Assembly (NCBI GenBank): GCA_028289125.1
Contig: JAQGGZ010000008.1
Location: 1 to 32,000, forward strand
DNA from: Candidatus Saccharimonadota bacterium
Lineage (GTDB): Bacteria; Patescibacteriota; Saccharimonadia; Saccharimonadales; UBA4665
DNA length: 32,000 nucleotides
Direction of reading: 5' to 3'
Below are positions 24,022 through 31,113 of the stretch, one piece after another; position 1 is the stretch's first letter, and every line of letters starts with the position of its first letter. Below the pieces are notes generated by a model. That model was not told where the DNA came from, did no database searches, and saw only the letters and a list, made by a program, of their open reading frames with translations. The translations under genes and the position numbers were made by a program.

Positions 24022-25446
24022 ATGTCAGTCGAAGCACCATCAGTACCACTTAACCCCGTCCACGAACAGTTCCAGCCTGCGCCAGCAGAGGCACGGGCTG
24101 ACTCCATGGACACCTTGCACCGTGAAACGACGGTGATCGATGACACGCGCAGTATATACCCACCCGGCGAAATCAACGTGTCAGAGGGAAACCAGGACGC
24201 TCGCCTCACTGTAATCGGCGAACTGGCTATACCGGGCGAGCAGGACAGTGAAAGCCATCACGCGGCGATATTGAAGGCCAGCCACAGTGATGGCCGGTTC
24301 AATTACATGCTGATCGGCCTGACTCCCAAGCCAGACGGTTCTTATACCCGTGCTGAAGGCGCTAAGCCCATCGTGATCAAACAGAACGGAGCAGGTCTCC
24401 TCATCGGGCGCCAGGCCAATTCGGCTTCACACCGCGAAGGCGACTCGCGCTTAATCGGTTCTGAGCAGCTGTGGCCGGGCAGCAAATACTCCACGGCGGT
24501 TTCAGGACAGCATCTGAGTCTGAAGGTTGTCGAAGGACAGCTGACGCTTACCGACACATCGACGAACGGTACCCGAATCAATGCCTTTAAAAAGACAGAG
24601 GACCAGCGCCAGGATGAATATTCAACCGACATCATTCCTGATCTGGACGATAACGTCGCTCACCATACGGTCGCAGGCATTAATCTGGCCCACGAGAAAG
24701 GTCTGATGCATGAAGGCTTATATGCCGGCCATCAGGTAATCGATCGCGATACTACGGAGTTCGAAGGGGGCGTCGATATTCGCAGTTGGAGTGCCGAAAG
24801 CGAGGCGATCGTCGTTGACAGTGAACAAGACCCGGAACCATATAACTTCTTGCGGGCGCGTTTCGACGTCTTTGTGCGCCGCCGCGAACTGCAGACCAAA
24901 CAGCCCGCCACGGAACTGGAATTATTACAGGCGGTGAAGGATGCCGTCGCCGAAGCCATGGACTATGACCTGCCGTATACCGAAACGGTGTCACAGCAGG
25001 TAAGGGCAGAAGATCCAAAATATCGTCTGATTAACTTATCTTCCTATCTGGCTGACGGTAAAGGAATCTGTCGTCACATGGGACTGGCTGCCGGTTGGCT
25101 GGCTGAAAAATTAACGCAAGAAGGTCGCTTGAGCGGTCGTTCTACGGTGGAAGTCAACCAGAGACAGGCTAATCCTGAAACCGGTAAGAAAGCTAGCGCC
25201 CACGAGTATATGCGTTATGAGGCGCCCGACGGTGAAATCTACGTAATTGATCCGACGCGTTCGTCGGAGGCAAAGCGTAGCGTACCGACATTGGCTGAAA
25301 CCATAGATCAGAATGATTGGAACTACTTCCGTCCTGGTGAAAAGCGTCCATATATGCAGGCCCATGTCGCCCGCAAATTAGGAAAAACAGCACGCCCTAA
25401 TGACGTGCTGATCGATCGGTTACCTGACTGGGTTAACAAACACTAG
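24022..25446 (+). CDS. FHA-domain protein with a C-terminal transglutaminase/EDR1-like papain-fold Cys-His-Asp domain
   Basis: FHA hallmarks are LLIGRQ...VSGQHLSL...TDTSTNGTRIN. The C-terminus GKGICRHMGLAAGWLAEKL...SAHEYMRYEAPDGEIYVIDPT fits a transglutaminase-core C/H/D triad. The ORF is open from TTG 23968; ATG 24022 is preferred because 23972-24021 is AT-rich and promoter-like. Confidence 0.8.
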   Translation: MSVEAPSVPLNPVHEQFQPAPAEARADSMDTLHRETTVIDDTRSIYPPGEINVSEGNQDARLTVIGELAIPGEQDSESHHAAILKASHSDGRFNYMLIGLTPKPDGSYTRAEGAKPIVIKQNGAGLLIGRQANSASHREGDSRLIGSEQLWPGSKYSTAVSGQHLSLKVVEGQLTLTDTSTNGTRINAFKKTEDQRQDEYSTDIIPDLDDNVAHHTVAGINLAHEKGLMHEGLYAGHQVIDRDTTEFEGGVDIRSWSAESEAIVVDSEQDPEPYNFLRARFDVFVRRRELQTKQPATELELLQAVKDAVAEAMDYDLPYTETVSQQVRAEDPKYRLINLSSYLADGKGICRHMGLAAGWLAEKLTQEGRLSGRSTVEVNQRQANPETGKKASAHEYMRYEAPDGEIYVIDPTRSSEAKRSVPTLAETIDQNDWNYFRPGEKRPYMQAHVARKLGKTARPNDVLIDRLPDWVNKH

Positions 25447-25715
25447 ACGACAGTGACTTCGGTGCGTGGGGCAGTCTTGCCAGTGAAGAGTTTGAAACGG
25501 CGCTGTGAGTAGGCAACGATGCCATCTTTGGCAGCGTGAATCGTGTAGTCGCGACCTATGAAAGTGCCGTCGCCGGCGCGCTTGTTGAGGCCGACCTGAC
25601 GGACGATGACCTGACCGGTCTTAACTTTTTGACCGCCATACAGCTTGACGCCTAGGCGCTGGCCGGGACTATCGCGGTTATTTTTACTGGTACCACCTGC
25701 TTTTACGTGTGACAT
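25443..25715 (-). CDS. rpmA: 50S ribosomal protein L27
   Basis: 90 aa. MSHVKAGGTSKNNRDSPGQRLGVKLYGGQ...VRQ matches the L27 consensus. SD AAGGAAG lies within the upstream gene's end. Confidence 0.96.
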   Translation of the reverse strand: MSHVKAGGTSKNNRDSPGQRLGVKLYGGQKVKTGQVIVRQVGLNKRAGDGTFIGRDYTIHAAKDGIVAYSQRRFKLFTGKTAPRTEVTVV

Positions 25716-25719
25716 ATGC

Positions 25720-26868
25720 CTACTTCCTTGTTATTACGACGAGCTCACGGGCCACGACTTGGTCGGGGCGGTAGTAGATGAGGTCATCTGCTCCGGCGTG
25801 CTCAAATTCTACTCGATTATAGCCGATTTCCTCGAGGAGGTCAAGCATGGGCAGGCGTTTGAACCGACCGCTCTGCACCTGCCAGGCGGGTAAGGCGAGA
25901 CAGAGGCGGGTGCCAGGCTGTAGCTGGTCGTAAATATTGCGGAGGAATTTCTTGGTGATGACGTTACAGGTGCTGACGACCTCAGTCAGTTGCTGGCCGG
26001 TGGGTTGGATGGTGAACGGGCGGCCGAGGTAGCCTTCGGCAGCGACGACGTCGATCGGTGGTTGCCACTGATGCGAGGTCGCATCGCCGACTTCCAGTGT
26101 GATGTTGCCGGTGATTTCGTGGCGGTCGGCTAACCAGTCGAGGTTTTCGCGGGTGTAGTCGATCATACGCGGTTCGAGGTCGGTGCCATACACGTCATAG
26201 CCGAGCAGCAGGGCTTCCTGGAGGACGACGCCGGTGCCGCAGAACGGGTCAAGTAAGCGCTTGCCGGGGCCGGCCAGGTTGATGATGATCTGGGCTAACT
26301 TCGGTGGTAACATGCCGACCTTGGTGTCGCGTTTGGGGCGGGCCTGATCGCGGCGGGTGTAGGCGTTGATGTCTTGTTCGGCTTTGGTAACGGCGACGAC
26401 CGTCTGGCCATCGTGGGCATAGAAGACGATTTCACGGCCCTGCGGACCGGTCAGCTTGTTGCCGACGACCTGGGCCGAGTTAAGGTAGGTGTCGCCTTGA
26501 GGAACGACGACGCGGGCGGACCGTTTGAACGACTTCTTAAGACTAAGGCCGAGCGAGCCGACCTGGGCGGGGGAGACTTTGATGCCGTACAGGCTGACGC
26601 CGAGCTGGAGCTTGCCTTCGGGCGGTAAGTCGATCTGCTTGGCCAGCTTGGTCTTGGCATATTTCTCGATCGCCGGCCAGTCGGTGACACTGAGGGTTTC
26701 GATGACGGTGGCCATCTTGATGCTACCGCCGAGGCGGTTGAAATCCGGTTCTTCGGAGGTGATGACGGCCTGCGGGCCGAACGGGGTCAGGGCAGGGGCG
26801 CCGAGCAGGCTTTCAAGTTCGGCAAGGCCGAGGGCTGGCTGGCGGCCAAGGATTAACAGATGTGACAT
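25720..26868 (-). CDS. SAM-dependent methyltransferase, UPF0020/Trm11-like (putative RNA methyltransferase) with a divergent motif IV
   Basis: 382 aa. The N-terminus LILGRQPALGLAELESLLG is Trm11-like and motif I is LDPFCGTGVVLQEALLLG. The expected (D/N)PPY position reads VVAAEGYLGRPF. Confidence 0.85.
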   Translation of the reverse strand: MSHLLILGRQPALGLAELESLLGAPALTPFGPQAVITSEEPDFNRLGGSIKMATVIETLSVTDWPAIEKYAKTKLAKQIDLPPEGKLQLGVSLYGIKVSPAQVGSLGLSLKKSFKRSARVVVPQGDTYLNSAQVVGNKLTGPQGREIVFYAHDGQTVVAVTKAEQDINAYTRRDQARPKRDTKVGMLPPKLAQIIINLAGPGKRLLDPFCGTGVVLQEALLLGYDVYGTDLEPRMIDYTRENLDWLADRHEITGNITLEVGDATSHQWQPPIDVVAAEGYLGRPFTIQPTGQQLTEVVSTCNVITKKFLRNIYDQLQPGTRLCLALPAWQVQSGRFKRLPMLDLLEEIGYNRVEFEHAGADDLIYYRPDQVVARELVVITRK

Positions 26869-26874
26869 GCACTC

Positions 26875-26883
26875 ATCTTAGCA
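26875..26883 (-). promoter_or_regulatory. Putative extended -10 TGcTAAGAT (minus strand), 6 nt upstream of the methyltransferase ATG 26868
   Basis: The minus strand reads TGcTAAGAT-gagtgc-ATG. Confidence 0.45.
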
Positions 26884-26893
26884 TGAACACCGG

Positions 26894-26902
26894 TGATATA
26901 CT
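26894..26902 (+). promoter_or_regulatory. Putative extended -10 TGaTATACT, 7 nt upstream of the GNAT ATG 26910
   Basis: The sequence reads TGaTATACT-gaaccgt-ATG. Confidence 0.5.
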
Positions 26903-26909
26903 GAACCGT

Positions 26910-27470
26910 ATGTCCGATAACACACAAATTACTGTCAGACGGGCGGTGCCAGACGATGCTACGGCAGTCGCCACGATTCAGCGTTTGACATGGCAGGCGA
27001 CGTATCCGAACCCTGCCTTGGGCATCACTGCGGAAGCTATCCGAACCCGGACTGAAGGCGAGAACGGCGAGCTGATCGAGCCGAAGATCGCCCGTTGGCG
27101 GGATACTATCGAAAAGGGCGAACGGCCCTTTTTTGTCGCCGCAGTCGAGGGTCGGGTGGTCGGCTATGTCGCACCGCGCGTTGACGAGAATGGCCAGCAA
27201 CGACTGGGGTCGCTCTATGTCTTACCGGAGTTTCAGGGCCGGGGAGTGGGTCGATCCTTGATTACGGAAGCCATCGCCTCAATGGACCGGACGAAGGACA
27301 TCTGTCTGCATGTCGTGCCGTATAACGAGAAGGCCGTACGATTTTATGAAGCCAATGGTTTTGTCATGACCGGCCGCGACGTCAGCGGGGGTGTGGGTGT
27401 CCTGGCCGGCGGTATCCAAATCCCGGAAGTAGAAATGGTGCTCCCTGCACAAACCGGAGCGCCGGCTTAG
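26910..27470 (+). CDS. GNAT family N-acetyltransferase
   Basis: Acetyl-CoA binding motif VLPEFQGRGVGRSL. ATG 26910 sits 7 nt after a TGaTATACT element. The ORF is open from GTG 26862, but that start would overlap the divergent gene. Confidence 0.88.
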   Translation: MSDNTQITVRRAVPDDATAVATIQRLTWQATYPNPALGITAEAIRTRTEGENGELIEPKIARWRDTIEKGERPFFVAAVEGRVVGYVAPRVDENGQQRLGSLYVLPEFQGRGVGRSLITEAIASMDRTKDICLHVVPYNEKAVRFYEANGFVMTGRDVSGGVGVLAGGIQIPEVEMVLPAQTGAPA

Positions 27471-27471
27471 C

Positions 27472-27480
27472 TGCTATAAT
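27472..27480 (+). promoter_or_regulatory. Putative extended -10 TGcTATAAT, 8 nt upstream of the UPF0104 membrane protein ATG
   Basis: The sequence reads TGcTATAAT-tacccata-ATG, a perfect extended -10 consensus. Confidence 0.5.
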
Positions 27481-27488
27481 TACCCATA

Positions 27489-28565
27489 ATGACCAAATCT
27501 GATACTAAGCCGTCCTTCTGGCGCAGACACTGGAAAATCATCGTCAATATCATCACGTTCGCAGCTTTGATGGTACTGGTCTATGCCATCCGTGAACAAT
27601 TGGTCCAGACATTTGACAATCTGGGCAGGGTGTACGCCTGGCTGCTACTGCTCATCATCCCGATCCAGATTCTCAATTACATCGCCCAAGCTAAGACGTA
27701 CCAAGGACTTTTCAAAGTGCTGGGCACTGAGCTGCCATTTAAAAAACTGTTCAAATTAAGTGTCGAACTGAACTTCGTCAACCACGTCTTTCCAAGTGGC
27801 GGCGTTACCGGTATCTCGTATTTCGGCGTACGCCTGAAGCAGTCCGGACTGACCGCCGGTAAGTCGACTATCGTCCAGTTGATGAAATTAGTATTAATGT
27901 TCCTGTCATTCGAATTGATGCTGATCGCCGGTTTTATTATGCTGGCGTCAGGGGGTAAGGCGAACGGCTTCGTAATCCTTTTATGCGGTGCCTTGGCGGT
28001 ACTTATGATCGGCGGAACGGCCGGCTTCGGCTATATGGTCGGTGACAAACGGCGGATTGATAAGTTCTTCGTCGTGTCTACCAAGCTGCTCAATAAGATT
28101 ATCCAGCTGGTCCGTTGGAGTGACCCGGAGACGATCAAGATCGATAAGGCCCGCAACGTCGTCAATGACATCCACGAGAACTACTCGATATTCAAGAATA
28201 ACCGCAGGCAATTACAGGCCCCATTCTGGTGGAGCCTGGCCGCCAACCTGACCGAAGTCATGACCATATATGTCGTATACCTGGCGTTTGGTGAATACGT
28301 CAACTTCGGTGCGGTCATCCTGGCGTATGCCGTCGCCAACTTTGCCGGGCTGGTCAGCGTACTGCCTGGTGGCGTCGGTGTGTACGAAGGTCTGATGACG
28401 TTGACCCTGGCCAGTGCCGGCGTATCAGCCGCTATCAGTCTGCCGGTCACCATCATGTACCGCGTCCTGAGCACCGGTTTGCAAATTCCTCCCGGCTATT
28501 TCCTGTATCATCGCAACCTCCGCCGCACTGATAATGCCGGTAAGGTTCCCGGCGAAGAAATATGA
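27489..28565 (+). CDS. UPF0104 / lysylphosphatidylglycerol-synthase-TM-region (flippase-like) membrane protein
   Basis: 358 aa, about 8 TM helices, with the family-typical LPGGVGVYEGLMTLTL near the C-terminus. Confidence 0.85.
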   Translation: MTKSDTKPSFWRRHWKIIVNIITFAALMVLVYAIREQLVQTFDNLGRVYAWLLLLIIPIQILNYIAQAKTYQGLFKVLGTELPFKKLFKLSVELNFVNHVFPSGGVTGISYFGVRLKQSGLTAGKSTIVQLMKLVLMFLSFELMLIAGFIMLASGGKANGFVILLCGALAVLMIGGTAGFGYMVGDKRRIDKFFVVSTKLLNKIIQLVRWSDPETIKIDKARNVVNDIHENYSIFKNNRRQLQAPFWWSLAANLTEVMTIYVVYLAFGEYVNFGAVILAYAVANFAGLVSVLPGGVGVYEGLMTLTLASAGVSAAISLPVTIMYRVLSTGLQIPPGYFLYHRNLRRTDNAGKVPGEEI

Positions 28566-29674
28566 GCCCCGAGATCTGGTCGGTCAGCGATTTTGTCGCT
28601 GTCCTGAACCAGACGCTCGAGTATGCCTATCCGACGGTCCTCGTCAGCGGGGAACTGGCTAATTTCCGGGTTTCTAAGAACCGCTGGGTGTATTTTGATC
28701 TGAAAGACGATGATGCCAGTCTGCGCTGCTTCGGTACGGTCTACCAGCTGCCTGGTCCCTTGGAAGACGGGATGATGCTGACGGTGCGGGCCCAGCCGCG
28801 GCTGCATCCGCTCTATGGGTTCAGTCTGAACACGCAGGCCATCCAGGTCAGCGGGGAAGGTTCACTGAAGCGGGCGGCCGATCTGTTGGCTGCCAAGCTC
28901 GACGCCGAAGGACTGTTTGCGCCGGAACGTAAAAGGCTGCTGCCGTATCCACCATCGCGCATCGGCTTGATCACGTCGGGCGAGTCGGCGGCTTACGCTG
29001 ACTTTAATAAGATTCTGAACGCCCGCTGGGGTGGGTTGGTGATAGAGCACGCCGATGTGCAGGTGCAGGGGGAGGCGGCGATCCCTCAGATCGTCCAGGC
29101 GATCGAGCGCTTCAACGCCATGGCCCGACCGCCAGAAGTTCTGGTACTGACGCGCGGTGGTGGTAGTGCCGATGACCTGGCGGCTTTCAGCGCCGAACCG
29201 GTCGTGCGGGCAGTCGCGGCCAGTCGCATACCGACGCTCGTCGCCATCGGTCACGAAATCGACACCAGTCTGGCCGAACTGGCGGCCGACCAGCGTGCCA
29301 GCACGCCGAGCAACGCCGCCGAACTGCTAGTACCGGACCGTCGGCATATCCTGGACCAACTCGCTACGTATCGTCAGGATTTCGCACGCCTCATCACGCA
29401 GCGTTACGCCGTTGAGCGCCAAACGCTTGACAACGTCATGGCTGACGCCCGTGCAGCGGTTCAGGATCTGCTGGGGCGCGCCAGCGACCGTCTAACCGCC
29501 GATCAGCGGCTGCTTGCAGCTCTCAGCCCTCAGACGGCCTTGCAACGCGGCTTCGCCATCGTCCGGCAGGACGGCAAGGTCGTTCATCGGCTTAAGCAGG
29601 TTACACCGGGCACCGCCGAAGTCGAATTTGCCGACGGCAGGGTAGCGGTTACAATAAAGGAGAACCATGGCTAA
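28562..29674 (+). CDS. xseA: Exodeoxyribonuclease VII large subunit
   Basis: 370 aa with the N-terminal OB-fold pattern WSVSDFVAVLNQTLEYAYPTVLVSGELANF...YFDLKD. It is followed by xseB. ATGA overlap with the upstream gene. Confidence 0.93.
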   Translation: MSPEIWSVSDFVAVLNQTLEYAYPTVLVSGELANFRVSKNRWVYFDLKDDDASLRCFGTVYQLPGPLEDGMMLTVRAQPRLHPLYGFSLNTQAIQVSGEGSLKRAADLLAAKLDAEGLFAPERKRLLPYPPSRIGLITSGESAAYADFNKILNARWGGLVIEHADVQVQGEAAIPQIVQAIERFNAMARPPEVLVLTRGGGSADDLAAFSAEPVVRAVAASRIPTLVAIGHEIDTSLAELAADQRASTPSNAAELLVPDRRHILDQLATYRQDFARLITQRYAVERQTLDNVMADARAAVQDLLGRASDRLTADQRLLAALSPQTALQRGFAIVRQDGKVVHRLKQVTPGTAEVEFADGRVAVTIKENHG

Positions 29675-29852
29675 GAAAACCTACCAGGATTTACGAACCG
29701 AACTCGACGAGGTGCTGCTGAAACTGCAGGACCCGAACTGTGGCGTCGAAGAAGCCGTCAAATTATACGAGCGCGGTCTGGCTTTGACGGCCGAACTGCG
29801 TGACCTGCTTGAAGCCAGCGAAAACAAGCTTACCAAACTTGCTTCCGAATGA
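29667..29852 (+). CDS. xseB: Exodeoxyribonuclease VII small subunit
   Basis: 61-aa helical protein (LDEVLLKLQD...EEAVKLYERGLAL). 8-nt overlap with xseA. Confidence 0.9.
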   Translation: MAKKTYQDLRTELDEVLLKLQDPNCGVEEAVKLYERGLALTAELRDLLEASENKLTKLASE

Positions 29853-30349
29853 GCTGGGTCTTACTCGCCGTCGGCCTGATTCTGGGCTGCTTCAGCTTCG
29901 TCGTCTTTTTCGGCGCGCCGTACCTGCCGACGCTGACACCGCAGGTGACGGCTGCACTGGATATGGCCGCGCTTAAACCGGGACAGCATCTGCTTGAACT
30001 GGGCAGCGGTGACGGCAAGGTACTGCTGGCGGCGGCGCAGCGGGGCATCCATGTCACCGGTTATGAAATCAATCCGTTGCTGGCCGCGTATTCGTGGGTC
30101 CGGACGCGCCGCTATCGCCACCTGGTGACAGTGCGGTGTGCCGACTTTTGGCGGACCGATTGGCCGAAAGCCGATGCGGTCTTTGTCTTTTTGCTGCCTA
30201 AATATATGGCCAAGTTGGACGCCAAATTGAACAGTTTGAAAAATCCGGTGCGCCTGGTCAGTTTCGCCTTTGAGATTCCTGATCGGGAGCCGGCTGAACG
30301 GCGAGAAGGCGTCTTCACATACGATTACCCTGGAACGCGTAGCAAATAG
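29849..30349 (+). CDS. Membrane-anchored class I SAM-dependent methyltransferase (FAM173/ATPSCKMT-like arrangement)
   Basis: 166 aa. N-terminal TM helix, then GAPYLPT, motif I LLELGSGDGKV, and GYEINPLL. ATGA overlap with xseB. Confidence 0.8.
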   Translation: MSWVLLAVGLILGCFSFVVFFGAPYLPTLTPQVTAALDMAALKPGQHLLELGSGDGKVLLAAAQRGIHVTGYEINPLLAAYSWVRTRRYRHLVTVRCADFWRTDWPKADAVFVFLLPKYMAKLDAKLNSLKNPVRLVSFAFEIPDREPAERREGVFTYDYPGTRSK

Positions 30350-30371
30350 CTTGCGTCAGCCGTTCATCGTC

Positions 30372-30380
30372 TGTTACCAT
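30372..30380 (+). promoter_or_regulatory. Putative extended -10 TGtTACCAT, 7 nt upstream of ATG 30388
   Basis: The sequence reads TGtTACCAT-aaccttt-ATG. Confidence 0.35.
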
Positions 30381-30387
30381 AACCTTT

Positions 30388-31053
30388 ATGAGAAACAACC
30401 AGCAAGGCACCATCAATATCTTGCTGATCCCTTTCATCCTTTTGACCGTCCTGTTCATCGGTGCGGTCAGTTTCGGTATCTGGGCTTACCTCGGCCAGCA
30501 GGACTGGAAGAATAACGCCCAACCGAAAATCGATTCAGCCGTCGCTGTGGCGATTGCCAACACCAAGAGCGAAGACCAGAAGGACTTCTTGCAACAAGAG
30601 AAGAAGCCGCTGCGCACGTACAACGGGCCGTCCGACTACGGTTCGATCAAGATGCAGTACCCTAAGACATGGGCCGGCTACGTGCCGATCAGCGGCAGCA
30701 ATAGTGCCAGCCCGATCGACGGCTACTTCTACCCGTATATCGTTCCGGCCGTAACGGATATTTCGAAGACGTTCGCGCTTCGCGTCCAGGTACAGACCAA
30801 GGCCTACACGGATGCCCTGACCGAACTGTCGAACAAGCAGCAGAGTGGCTTGGTCCAGGTAACAAGCTACGCCTTGCCACAACAGCCTGACGTCATCGGC
30901 GTAAAGGTGACCGGCACGATCCAGGACAACAAGACCGGCACGATGGTAATCTTGCCGCTCCGCGACAAGACCCTTAAGATTTGGACCGACGGCAACGACT
31001 TTCTTAATGACTATAACGACATCATTTTAAAGAACTTTACATTTTCACCTTGA
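30388..31053 (+). CDS. Hypothetical membrane-anchored extracytoplasmic protein
   Basis: 221 aa with a single N-terminal TM helix (INILLIPFILLTVLFIGAVSFGIWAYL). The remainder is predicted beta-rich with no motif recognised. Confidence 0.75.
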   Translation: MRNNQQGTINILLIPFILLTVLFIGAVSFGIWAYLGQQDWKNNAQPKIDSAVAVAIANTKSEDQKDFLQQEKKPLRTYNGPSDYGSIKMQYPKTWAGYVPISGSNSASPIDGYFYPYIVPAVTDISKTFALRVQVQTKAYTDALTELSNKQQSGLVQVTSYALPQQPDVIGVKVTGTIQDNKTGTMVILPLRDKTLKIWTDGNDFLNDYNDIILKNFTFSP

Positions 31054-31113
31054 TTTCTTGAACACAAAAAGTGCATACTCTTAGGTATAACCAAGTCCGA
31101 GGGGGTAGTAGGG

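Noticed and set aside
26862-26909. GTG 26862 as the GNAT start
   Set aside because: It would overlap the divergent methyltransferase start by 7 nt and would read through both putative -10 boxes. ATG 26910 yields a typical GNAT N-terminus.
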